Source: an uncultured Nitrospirales bacterium (GTDB taxonomy: Bacteria; Nitrospirota; Nitrospiria; Nitrospirales; NS-4). Taken from it: DNA of 64,000 nucleotides. Below the pieces are notes generated by a model, which saw nothing but the letters and a program-made list of their open reading frames with translations, had not been told where the DNA came from and searched no databases. Of the stretch, positions 1 through 8,814 are shown piece by piece. The position numbers and the translations under genes were made by a program. Position 1 is the first letter of the stretch; each line of letters begins with the position of its first letter. The stretch covers positions 5,124-69,123 of the forward strand of contig CAYYLQ010000012.1 of NCBI GenBank assembly GCA_964472655.1. The letters run 5' to 3'.

Positions 1-285
1 GTCACGAACCCGAACCTCAAACTCAAGCCTGAGATGTTCGCACGGGTCCGCCTCAAGATCGGGCCGGGGAACCCGGTGCTGGTCCTCCCCAGGGAAGCCG
101 TGCTGGAGGTGGGGGGGCAGGAGTTCGTGTTCGTGCAGGCCGCCGACGGTCGGTACGTGCGGCGGCCCGTGGTGACCGGCGTGGCCTCCGGCGAGACCGT
201 GCAGATCCGGCAAGGACTGGAGCCCGGCGAGCGGGTCGTCGTCAAGGGAGCACTCCTGCTCAAGGGAGAGCAAGAGAAAGGATAG
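1..285 (+). CDS. RND efflux periplasmic adaptor (HlyD/CusB/CzcB-like), C-terminal fragment; 5' end lies upstream of the window
   Basis: Frame 1 is open from nt 1 (VTNPNLKLKPEM...) and ends at TAG 283-285. The sequence '...VLVLPREAVLEVGGQEFVFV...VVTGVASGETVQIRQGLEPGERVVVKGA' is typical of membrane-fusion protein C-termini. The stop abuts the pump ATG at 286. Confidence 0.75.
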   Translation, partial: VTNPNLKLKPEMFARVRLKIGPGNPVLVLPREAVLEVGGQEFVFVQAADGRYVRRPVVTGVASGETVQIRQGLEPGERVVVKGALLLKGEQEKG

Positions 286-3200
286 ATGGTCGCCAAGATC
301 GTCGAACTCGCCCTCAGCGAGCGGGTCTTCGTCCTGACGCTGGGGGTGGTCCTCCTCGTCGGCGGGCTCTACGCGTTCCACGTTCTCGACGTCGTGGCCT
401 ACCCGGACCCCTCGCCGCCGATGGTCGAGGTGATCACCCAATATCCCGGCTGGTCGGCCGAGGAGATCGAGCGACAGATCACCATTCCCTTGGAAACGGT
501 GCTGAACGGCACACCGGGGCTGACCGATCTCCGTTCCATTTCGATCTTCGGCCTCAGCGACATCAAGGTCTACTTCGACTTCAAGACGGACTACTACTTC
601 GACCGCCAGGAAGTCCTGAACCGGCTCCAACTCGTCAACCTGCCGAACGGGGTTCTGTCCCAGCTTTCCCCCTGGTCCGCCGTCGCGGAGATCTACCGCT
701 ACGAACTGGTCGGTCCGCGGGAGCTGTCGCTCAGCGACCTGAAAGCCATTCAGGACTGGCAACTCCAGCGCAAGTTCAAGCAGGTCCGGGGCGTGATCGA
801 CGTCACGGCCTATGGGGGAACGACGAAGGAATACCACGTGGACGTGGACCCGCGGAGCCTGACCCAGTACAACGTGACGCTGGGGCAAGTCCTCAATGCG
901 CTGAGCAACAGCAATGCGAATGTGGGGGGCAACTATCTGACGATCGGGCCGCAGAGCTTCAACGTCCGCGGGGTCGGCCTGATTCGTGACCTCGACGACA
1001 TCGAGGACGTCGTCGTAGCCGAGAAGACCGGCGCGCCGATCTACGTCAAGAACGTCGCCAAGGTCTCAGTCGGCAAGCGGGTGCGGCTGGGCAAGGTCGG
1101 CATCGACGACCGCGACGATGTGCTCGAGGGAGTCGTCCTGCTCCAGCGGGGCGCCAAGGCCATTCCGACGCTGGAACGTGTCAGGAAGAAAATCGAACAA
1201 TTGAATAATGGGCAACTCCCGCCGGGCGTTCAGATCAAGGCGTTTTACGACCGGACGGACCTGATCCAGATCACGATCAGGACCGTACTCGAAATTCTCG
1301 CCGGCGGCATGATTCTGGTATTTATGATTTTGTTCGTCTTTCTGGGCCACATGCGCGCCGCCCTCATCGTGGCGTTGACGGTGCCGATGGCGCTCCTCTT
1401 CACCTTCTCGATGATGGTGAGCGTGGGCGAGTCGGCGAACCTCATCTCGCTCGGCGCAATCGACTTCGGGATCATCGTGGACGCGGCCCTGATTATGGTC
1501 GAGGCGATCTTCCTCCAACTCAGCCACCAGACAGCGCAGCTCCGCCCCTCCCAGATGACCATCGTGCGGGCGGCGCGGCACGTCGGCCGGCCGATTTTCT
1601 TTTCGACGCTCATCATCCTGGTCGCGTTCGTCCCGTTGTTTACGATGACCGGTGTGCCGGGGAAGATCTTTGCCCCGATGTCGGTGACATACGGATTCGC
1701 CCTTCTGGGGGCGCTCCTGATCGCCGTCACGCTGTCTCCCGTTCTGTGCCTGCTTCTGCTGAAGCCGCCGCTGCGCGAGGGAGACACGCGGTTCGTCGCC
1801 TGGCTTAAACGGAGATACCTGCAGGTGCTCCGGCTGGCCATGGCGCGCGGGTGGCTGACGGTCGCGCTGGCCGTTGGCTTGTTTGCCGTCGCCCTGGCGG
1901 CATTGCCGCTCATCGGCGGCGAGTTCATGCCGGCGCTGGAAGAGGGCAACCTCTGGGTCCGTGCCACGATGCCGGTGGATATCTCATTCGATGAGGCGGC
2001 CCGGATCACCACCGAGATCCGCGGAGTCTTTCGCGCCCATCCGTCCGTCCAGTCCGTCGCGTCCCAGCTCGGTCGTCCCGACGACGGGACCGATCCCACG
2101 AGCTTCTTCAACGCGGAGTTTTTCGTCAACCTCAAGTCGCGGGAAGACTGGCCGCCGGGTCTCGACAAGGAAGGGATCATCCGTCAGATCGAAGAGAGAC
2201 TGAAGGTCTTCCCCGGCATCACGTTCAATTTCTCGCAAGCCATCCAGGACAACGTGGAAGAGGCCATGTCCGGCGTCAAGGGCGAAAACTCCATCAAACT
2301 GTTCGGTCGGGAACTGGCGCAACTCGAGTCCACGGCCCTTCAAATTGAGAGAGTCATGAAGCCCATCCGCGGCGTTAGAGACCTGGGCGTCTTCCGCCTG
2401 CTGGGCCAGCCCAACCTGTTGATTGAAGTGGACCGGAACGCGTGCGCGCGCTACGGTGTGCTGGTGGCGGACGTGAACGCCGTCGTGCAGGCGGCGATCG
2501 GCGGACAGGCGGTCACGCAGGTCCTCGAAGGCGAGCGCCGGTTCGATCTGGTCATCAGGTTCCTGCCGCAGTACCGGCAGGATGTCGAGGCGATCAGCGA
2601 GATTCAGGTCAGCACGCCGGACGGCCCGCGCATCCCCCTCAAGCAGCTCGCGAAGATCTCCACCCAGACGGGCGCATTCATCATCTATCGCGAAAACAAC
2701 GAGCGGTACATCCCCATCAAATTCAGCGTGCGAAACCGGGATTTGCAGAGCACGGTGCGCGAAGTCTTGGCCAGCATCCAGGCAACGGTTCCGCTGCCCG
2801 AAGGTCTGCGGTTCGAAATCGCCGGCCAGTACGATCAGCTCCAGGACGAGCGGCGCCGCCTGTCGGTCATCGTGCCCGTGATTCTGCTTGCGATCCTGTT
2901 CCTGCTCTACCTGACATTCGACTCCTTCAAGGACGCCTTTCTGGTGATGGCCACCGTGCCGTTCGCGTTCGTCGGTGCGATCTTCTCTCTGGTCCTTACG
3001 GGCACGCACTTCAGCATCTCGGCGGCGGTGGGCATCATCTCACTGCTGGGCGTGGCGATCCTCGGAGGCGTGCTGCTGATCTCGCGCATCGACGAGCTGT
3101 TGCGGGAGGGAGCCCGGGTCGAGGAGGCGATCATGAGCGCGGCGGAATCGCAGATGCGGCCCATTTTGATGGCGACGCTCGGGGCCGCGATCGGTCTCCT

Positions 3201-3414
3201 GCCCGCTGCCGTGTCAACCGGAATAGGCGCCCAGGCCCAGCAGCCGCTCGCCCGGGTGGTCGTAGGCGGGATGATCACGGCGGCCGTGCTGATCCTGGTC
3301 GTGCTGCCGGTGCTCTATTCGATGTTCGGTCCGAGGCCCAGGTCGAGCCGGGAGGCGGGTTTCCCGCCGGATGAGCCGCCGTTGAAATCGAAGGCAGGGG
3401 AACATGTGGTTTAA
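286..3414 (+). CDS. CusA/CzcA-family heavy-metal efflux RND pump
   Basis: 1042-aa ORF with a multi-TM RND layout and two large periplasmic loops. It carries the conserved segment 'SLGAIDFGIIVDAALIMVEAI' and directly follows the adaptor gene. Confidence 0.9.
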   Translation: MVAKIVELALSERVFVLTLGVVLLVGGLYAFHVLDVVAYPDPSPPMVEVITQYPGWSAEEIERQITIPLETVLNGTPGLTDLRSISIFGLSDIKVYFDFKTDYYFDRQEVLNRLQLVNLPNGVLSQLSPWSAVAEIYRYELVGPRELSLSDLKAIQDWQLQRKFKQVRGVIDVTAYGGTTKEYHVDVDPRSLTQYNVTLGQVLNALSNSNANVGGNYLTIGPQSFNVRGVGLIRDLDDIEDVVVAEKTGAPIYVKNVAKVSVGKRVRLGKVGIDDRDDVLEGVVLLQRGAKAIPTLERVRKKIEQLNNGQLPPGVQIKAFYDRTDLIQITIRTVLEILAGGMILVFMILFVFLGHMRAALIVALTVPMALLFTFSMMVSVGESANLISLGAIDFGIIVDAALIMVEAIFLQLSHQTAQLRPSQMTIVRAARHVGRPIFFSTLIILVAFVPLFTMTGVPGKIFAPMSVTYGFALLGALLIAVTLSPVLCLLLLKPPLREGDTRFVAWLKRRYLQVLRLAMARGWLTVALAVGLFAVALAALPLIGGEFMPALEEGNLWVRATMPVDISFDEAARITTEIRGVFRAHPSVQSVASQLGRPDDGTDPTSFFNAEFFVNLKSREDWPPGLDKEGIIRQIEERLKVFPGITFNFSQAIQDNVEEAMSGVKGENSIKLFGRELAQLESTALQIERVMKPIRGVRDLGVFRLLGQPNLLIEVDRNACARYGVLVADVNAVVQAAIGGQAVTQVLEGERRFDLVIRFLPQYRQDVEAISEIQVSTPDGPRIPLKQLAKISTQTGAFIIYRENNERYIPIKFSVRNRDLQSTVREVLASIQATVPLPEGLRFEIAGQYDQLQDERRRLSVIVPVILLAILFLLYLTFDSFKDAFLVMATVPFAFVGAIFSLVLTGTHFSISAAVGIISLLGVAILGGVLLISRIDELLREGARVEEAIMSAAESQMRPILMATLGAAIGLLPAAVSTGIGAQAQQPLARVVVGGMITAAVLILVVLPVLYSMFGPRPRSSREAGFPPDEPPLKSKAGEHVV

Positions 3415-5218
3415 GCGCTGGCTGCTCGGTCACCCCCTGAAGACGACTCAGGCCGCCCACGAACGGCTGTCCAATCCCATCGCGTTAGCGGTTTTTTCCT
3501 CCGATCCGCTCTCGTCCGTCGCTTACGCCACTGAAGAAATTCTCCTCGTCCTGGTCCTCGCGGGAACAGCCGCCCTGCACTACTCCATCGGGATCAGCCT
3601 CGTGATCGTCGGATTGGTGGCCATTCTCACGGCGTCCTATCGGCAGACGATTTACGCCTATCCCTCGGGAGGAGGGGCCTTTGTCGTGGCGAAGGCCAAC
3701 CTCGGGGAAGCGCCAGGGTTGGTCGCCGCCGCGGCGCTGCTGATTGACTATGTGCTGACCGTCGCGGTGAGCGTCGCGGCTGGAATCGACGCGATTACGT
3801 CCGCGGTGCCGGAGCTGCATGAGCATCGCGTAGGGTTGGGCCTGCTGGCGATCGCCATCTTGACCTGGGGCAACCTGCGGGGCGTTCGCGAATCAGGCAA
3901 GATCTTCGCCCTGCCGACGTATATGTTCGTCGGCGGTCTGGGTCTGGTCATCATTGCCGGCCTGGGGCGGGCGCTCTTCGGCGCTCCGGCGGAACAGACC
4001 CTGCCGTCCGTTCCGGCCGTGGAAGGGCTCACCCTGTTTTTGCTGCTCCGCGCATTCTCCTCCGGCTGCACCGCCTTGACCGGCATTGAAGCGATCTCGA
4101 ACGGCGTGCCGGCCTTTCGGGACCCGGCGTCCAAGAATGCCTCGACCACCATGATCTGGATGGCCTGTATGTTAGGGGGCCTGTTTTTCGGCCTCACGAT
4201 CCTGGCCCATATCTACGGGCTCGTGCCGCGCGAGAACGAGACCCTGATCTCTCAGATCGCACGAATCGCGCTCGGCGGGGGCGCCCTGTATTATTTCATG
4301 CAGGTCGCGACGATGCTGATCCTGATCCTGGCGGCGAACACGAGCTACAACGGGTTCCCCCGCCTGGCTTCCCTGCTGGCTCAGGACAGCTTTCTGCCGC
4401 ACCAGATGCGCAGTGTCGGTGACCGGTTGGCCTTCTCGAACGGGATTTTCATCCTGGGGGGGAGCGCGGCGCTCCTGCTGATCATCTTCCAAGGCGACAC
4501 GCACGCGTTGATCCCTCTCTATGCCATCGGAGTCTTTCTTTCGTTCACGCTCTCGCAGGCGGGCATGGTCCGGCATTGGCAGGACCGGAAAGGCCGCGGC
4601 TGGCGGAAGAAGTTCTCAATCAATCTGGCCGGAGCCGTTGCGACCGGCGTGGCCACGGTGGTCCTGGCCGTCACCAAATTCACGCACGGTGCCTGGGTGG
4701 TGATCTTTCTGATCCCGCTCCTCATCGGCATGTTCAAGAAAATCCAATGGCATTACAAGATGGCCGACTGGCAGCTGGCGTTGACCATGTACGAGCGGCC
4801 GAAGAACCCGCCGCCGAACATCGTCGTGATGCCGATCGGCAGTGTCAATCGCGCGGTCGTCATTGCCATGGACTACGTCCGGCAGCGGGCGCAGGACATC
4901 CGCGTGGTCCATGTGGACGTCGATTCCGACGAAACGGCCAAGGTCAAAGAAGACTGGGAAAAGTGGGGCATGGGCCTGCCCCTCGTGATCCTGCCCTCCC
5001 CGTATCGGTCATTCCTGACGCCGTTGCTCGACTACATCGAAAAAGTCCGCGAGGAGAACCCCGGCGGGTGGGTCACGGTGGCGCTGGCGGAGGTCCTGCC
5101 GGCGCGCTGGTGGGAGAACCTGCTGCATAACCAGCATGCCTTGCTGATCAAGGCGGCGGTGCTCTTCAAATTCCGCGTTATCGTCACCGACGTTCCCTAT
5201 CATTTGGGACCGTATTAG
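3404..5218 (+). CDS. APC-superfamily permease with C-terminal soluble domain
   Basis: 604 aa. 'LSNPIALAVFSSDPLSSVAYATEEIL' plus about 12 hydrophobic segments is typical of APC/amino-acid-permease-like transporters. The ATG overlaps the pump gene end by 11 nt. Confidence 0.75.
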   Translation: MWFKRWLLGHPLKTTQAAHERLSNPIALAVFSSDPLSSVAYATEEILLVLVLAGTAALHYSIGISLVIVGLVAILTASYRQTIYAYPSGGGAFVVAKANLGEAPGLVAAAALLIDYVLTVAVSVAAGIDAITSAVPELHEHRVGLGLLAIAILTWGNLRGVRESGKIFALPTYMFVGGLGLVIIAGLGRALFGAPAEQTLPSVPAVEGLTLFLLLRAFSSGCTALTGIEAISNGVPAFRDPASKNASTTMIWMACMLGGLFFGLTILAHIYGLVPRENETLISQIARIALGGGALYYFMQVATMLILILAANTSYNGFPRLASLLAQDSFLPHQMRSVGDRLAFSNGIFILGGSAALLLIIFQGDTHALIPLYAIGVFLSFTLSQAGMVRHWQDRKGRGWRKKFSINLAGAVATGVATVVLAVTKFTHGAWVVIFLIPLLIGMFKKIQWHYKMADWQLALTMYERPKNPPPNIVVMPIGSVNRAVVIAMDYVRQRAQDIRVVHVDVDSDETAKVKEDWEKWGMGLPLVILPSPYRSFLTPLLDYIEKVREENPGGWVTVALAEVLPARWWENLLHNQHALLIKAAVLFKFRVIVTDVPYHLGPY

Positions 5219-5281
5219 CCTCTTTCGCATTCCCTGCACAGGGTGGTAGAGTAGGGGCCTTTCGTGAAGGAGGCTCCCGTG

Positions 5282-6931
5282 ATGCATCGTCTTCTTGTGA
5301 TCGTTCCCGGATTGGCCCTGTGCGTCGCGCTGGGGCTTGGGGCGCTTGGTTCCGCGCAGGCCGCGCAGACTTCGAAAAAGAGCAAACAGCCGCCGGCGCT
5401 CGCCGCCGCGCAGCGTTACGCCGAGGCCGTTGCGTCGGGCGACCGTGTCGCGGCGGGTCGCCTGGACTTCGCCTGTCAGTTTGAAATGGTCGCCAGGAGC
5501 GACAAGCCGCTGGCGACGTTCCCCCCCGACGCCGACCCGATCTATGCCGCATGCTGGGACCGGCTGACGAAGGCCCACGAAACGGCGATTCAACAGCAGG
5601 ACCTGGGCGTGAACGCTCTGTGGCCGGGCAAGGGGACTCTGGTGTTCTTCAGAGAGGACCTTGCCGAATACGCACCGTCTTTTTTCGTGATGGATCAACT
5701 GGGGCTCTCGCCTCCCGGCGGCGGCCTCAGGGTCGAGCCCGTCGCCAGCGCGCCCCTTCCGGCCGCATCCTTCAGGATCCGTGAAAAGGAGGGGCTCGTC
5801 GCCGCGCCGGCTTCGCGCGTCGTGCTGTCGGTGACGTACAAAGACCCCTTAACGTCTCCGGTCACCTATGCGCCCAGCGAGGACAACGTGGCCAGGGGGA
5901 CGAAAAGAGCGCGGTTGGCGTTGCAGGGCGTGACCGTCAAGTGGGTGGTGCTGACGGGGCTCCGAAAGCTCGGCTTTCCCGGCGATGCCGCCGTGCTCAA
6001 TCTGCCGGTGACGGGCGCCGACGGCGCCGCCGTTCCGTTCGTGACCGAGAGAGGCGGCTACCAGCACGACACGCGCCGGTGGTGGAATCCGGCCGACATC
6101 TCCGGCACGTTGACCGCCGCCATTGGCCGTATCGGACAGTACCCGGAGCAGCGCGACCGCGTGGCGATGCTCAACCGGATTCTGCTCATTGACCCCGCCA
6201 AGTCAGAGGCCTTATCCCTGCTCGCCAACGAAATGTACCAGACCCTCTTGGCCCTGGGGGCCGCCGCCCACAAAGTGCCCCTCGACGATGCGGTCTTGGC
6301 CGTCCGGTTCAATGAGCTGTATTGGAACACGGTGGCGCAGACGACCAGGATGGAGATTGCGGAACCTTCTTTCCTAGCCCAACGCGGCCAGCTGATGCCA
6401 GCGGATTTCCTTTACCGGATGCTGTCGGCCAGGGAAGCGCTGGCCCGGTCGGCCCCCGAGGACCGCGAAAACCGGCTGAAGCTGGGCATAGGCTACCGCT
6501 GGAACCGGGACCATGAGAACGCGATCGCCGTGCACGAGCAGCTCGTGAAGGAGCTCCCGTCGGAGCGGTCCGCCCTCCGCGTGCGTGCCTTGCTGGAGCT
6601 GGCTTGGTCGCGGATCGCCAAGGTGGAGTGGAGCCGGCGGCTCGATGACCCGGGCATCCGGACTGCATATCGAGAGGCGGAGGAAGCCTTCCAGCTGGCG
6701 GAGAGCCCGCTGGACAAATTCACGGCCGCGTATGCCATGGCCTACAGCTGGGCGTTCACCCCGGGCCGCGACAACAAGAAGATGCTGGAGCTGCTGACCG
6801 AGGCGCGGCGCTGGTACCGGCAGGTGCCCGGCGCCTCGCAGGACTCCTGGCAGTTCCTGCTCCTGAACGACACGCTCAAGGGCATCACCAGAGCCGACCC
6901 GTCCTTCCAGTCCCTGTTTGTGTCGTCGTAA
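5282..6931 (+). CDS. Secreted hypothetical protein (signal peptide, helical-repeat C-terminal half)
   Basis: Track ORF 5264..6931. I prefer ATG 5282 (AAGGAGG at 5267-5273, 8-nt spacer), which gives the signal peptide MHRLLVIVPGLALCVALGLGALGSAQA. No family recognised. Confidence 0.55.
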   Translation: MHRLLVIVPGLALCVALGLGALGSAQAAQTSKKSKQPPALAAAQRYAEAVASGDRVAAGRLDFACQFEMVARSDKPLATFPPDADPIYAACWDRLTKAHETAIQQQDLGVNALWPGKGTLVFFREDLAEYAPSFFVMDQLGLSPPGGGLRVEPVASAPLPAASFRIREKEGLVAAPASRVVLSVTYKDPLTSPVTYAPSEDNVARGTKRARLALQGVTVKWVVLTGLRKLGFPGDAAVLNLPVTGADGAAVPFVTERGGYQHDTRRWWNPADISGTLTAAIGRIGQYPEQRDRVAMLNRILLIDPAKSEALSLLANEMYQTLLALGAAAHKVPLDDAVLAVRFNELYWNTVAQTTRMEIAEPSFLAQRGQLMPADFLYRMLSAREALARSAPEDRENRLKLGIGYRWNRDHENAIAVHEQLVKELPSERSALRVRALLELAWSRIAKVEWSRRLDDPGIRTAYREAEEAFQLAESPLDKFTAAYAMAYSWAFTPGRDNKKMLELLTEARRWYRQVPGASQDSWQFLLLNDTLKGITRADPSFQSLFVSS

Positions 6932-6940
6932 CTGTAGAGT

Positions 6941-7453
6941 CTAATGGTGCAGGTGTTTGAGGGTGGAGGCCATGAGGACGATGAAGATGCCGAACCAGAA
7001 GGCCGCGCGGAGGAAGGGAATGCCCTCGGGGTCCGCCTCTTCACCCTCGGCCGTGCCCTTCTCCTCGGGCGCTGGCGGAAACATGATGTTGTAGAGGAAC
7101 AGCGTCATGATGCACATGACAAAGAACAGCTTGACGCCGAGTGCGATCAAATACGGGTTGGTGAACCCTTCGCCGTTGACCGCCTTCATCAGCTTGTTGA
7201 CGTAGGCGATGTTGATCCCGCCGGTGACCAGGATGATCAGCATGAGGCCGCCGATGATCCGCTGGTACTTCTGGTAGATGGCGTTGGCGAGCGGCTTGAC
7301 GAGCTCGCCCGGCACCGATTTCCGCAACGCCGGCACGACCGCCATCATCAGCAGGCCCAGCCCGCCGATCCAGAGGATGGCCGACATCAGGTGGAGCCAG
7401 TGGTTCACGATGGGAATCCACTGGTTGACGAATGCGTCGATGAACTTGTCCAT
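6941..7453 (-). CDS. Small 4-TM membrane protein, CopD/HemJ-like
   Basis: Starts at an internal ATG of track ORF 6941..7858 (aa 136, MDKFIDAF...). The ATG overlaps the upstream gene's TGA by 1 nt (TGATG). 'HWLHLMSAILWIGGLG' resembles the His/Trp/Gly first helix of CopD/HemJ-type proteins (recollection; needs an HMM check). Confidence 0.6.
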   Translation of the reverse strand: MDKFIDAFVNQWIPIVNHWLHLMSAILWIGGLGLLMMAVVPALRKSVPGELVKPLANAIYQKYQRIIGGLMLIILVTGGINIAYVNKLMKAVNGEGFTNPYLIALGVKLFFVMCIMTLFLYNIMFPPAPEEKGTAEGEEADPEGIPFLRAAFWFGIFIVLMASTLKHLHH

Positions 7454-8814
7454 CAGAATTTGAAGACCGGCTTCTCGTTGCCGAAGCGCGCCTTGCGGAG
7501 CTCCTCCATGAACTCGGGCGTGATCACGGTCAGGCCGCGTTCCCGGGCCTTGGCCTCGACGCTCTTCTTGACCATCGCCTGCATGAAGTAGGGGATGCGC
7601 TTGAAGCGCGCCGTGGCCTCGTCGTCCCAGCGCAGTTCGAACATTCCCGGCGTCTCGTCCACGCCGATCTCGTGGACCTTGATCTTGGGTCCGCCCTTCG
7701 GCTGGTAGAGGCACCATTCGTCGGCGTCGAGCCAGTCGCCGTGATCGGCATAGGGCCGGGCGCGGCAGCCGCCGCAGATGTCGGAGTACTCGCAGTCGGC
7801 GCACTTGCCCTTGAGCTTCGGCTCGCGGAAGGAATCGAACACCTCCGAACGCTCCCACAGGTCCACGAAGCTGATCTCCCGCACGTTGCCCGCGCTCAGC
7901 GGCATGTAGGGACAGGGTGTGAGGTTGCCCTCCGGCGTCACGCGCGCGTAGTTCGTGCCGGCGAGACAGCCGCCGCCCATGTAGCCGGTGGCCTTGGTGA
8001 TCGGGGAATTAGGGTCGCGCTCGTAGGCGATGCGCTTGAAGTGCGGCGCGCAACGGGCGCGCACCAGCATGTCCGGGTACTGCTTCTGCTGGTCCACGAG
8101 GTACGTCAGCACCTCCTCGTACTGCTGGGGCGTGATGTCCGTCATCTCCTCGCCGCGGCCGGTGCAGACCAGGAAGAACAGATTGAGCACCCGCGCGCCC
8201 AGTTGATGGGTGAAGGCGACCATCTCGGGCACTTCGCGGTAGTTCATCGGCGAGACGCTGAAGTGGACCTGGAACTGGAGCCCGTGGCGCTTGCAGGCTT
8301 CGATGCCGGCCATCGTGCGCGCCCATGCGCCAGGCAGCCCTCGGAAGGCGTCGTGCTTGGCCGGGTCCGTGGAGTCGATGCTGATGCCCATGCCCATCAC
8401 GCCGATCTCGACCAGCTCCTTGGCCAGCGCGTCGTCGATCAGCATCCCGTTGGTGCCGAACACCACCATGAAGCCGAGCGAGACGGCATGCCGCGCGATG
8501 TCCTTGATGTCGGGGCGGGTCAGCGGCTCGCCGCCGGTGATGACGACGATGGAATGTTTGTTCACCACCGCCATCTGGTTCAGGAGTGTGAAGACCTCCG
8601 GCGTCGTCAGTTCGTCGGCCGCGCCGGACGCCCGCGTCGTCGCGTCGAGGTAGCAGTGCCCACAACGCAGGTTGCAGCGTTTGGTGAGGTTCAGGGCGAT
8701 GAGATACGGCTTCCAGTCGTTCTGCGGCGTCGGCTTCCGCCCGGCCGGCAGGAGGCCGGGCCGGTCCACGTACCGCAGGGGAATCGGATTGATGAGCTGG
8801 AGGGTCTCGTTCAC
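7453..8814 (-). CDS. Radical SAM/SPASM protein (NirJ/AhbD-like) with C-terminal PCP_red-like domain
   Basis: GTG 8814 overlaps the upstream TGA (GTGA). Has CX3CX2C 'CNLRCGHC', the SPASM cysteine cluster 'CADCEYSDICGGC', and a C-terminal 'LRWDDEATARFKRIPYFMQAMVKKSVEAKARERGLTVIT'. The upstream part of track ORF 7453..9894 is an alternative frame of the USP gene. Confidence 0.85.
   Translation of the reverse strand: MNETLQLINPIPLRYVDRPGLLPAGRKPTPQNDWKPYLIALNLTKRCNLRCGHCYLDATTRASGAADELTTPEVFTLLNQMAVVNKHSIVVITGGEPLTRPDIKDIARHAVSLGFMVVFGTNGMLIDDALAKELVEIGVMGMGISIDSTDPAKHDAFRGLPGAWARTMAGIEACKRHGLQFQVHFSVSPMNYREVPEMVAFTHQLGARVLNLFFLVCTGRGEEMTDITPQQYEEVLTYLVDQQKQYPDMLVRARCAPHFKRIAYERDPNSPITKATGYMGGGCLAGTNYARVTPEGNLTPCPYMPLSAGNVREISFVDLWERSEVFDSFREPKLKGKCADCEYSDICGGCRARPYADHGDWLDADEWCLYQPKGGPKIKVHEIGVDETPGMFELRWDDEATARFKRIPYFMQAMVKKSVEAKARERGLTVITPEFMEELRKARFGNEKPVFKF

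Noticed and set aside
1066-3460. Multiple minus-strand and alternative-frame ORFs inside the RND pump gene
   Set aside because: They are shadow frames of a 1042-aa conserved transporter, and none has a domain signature.
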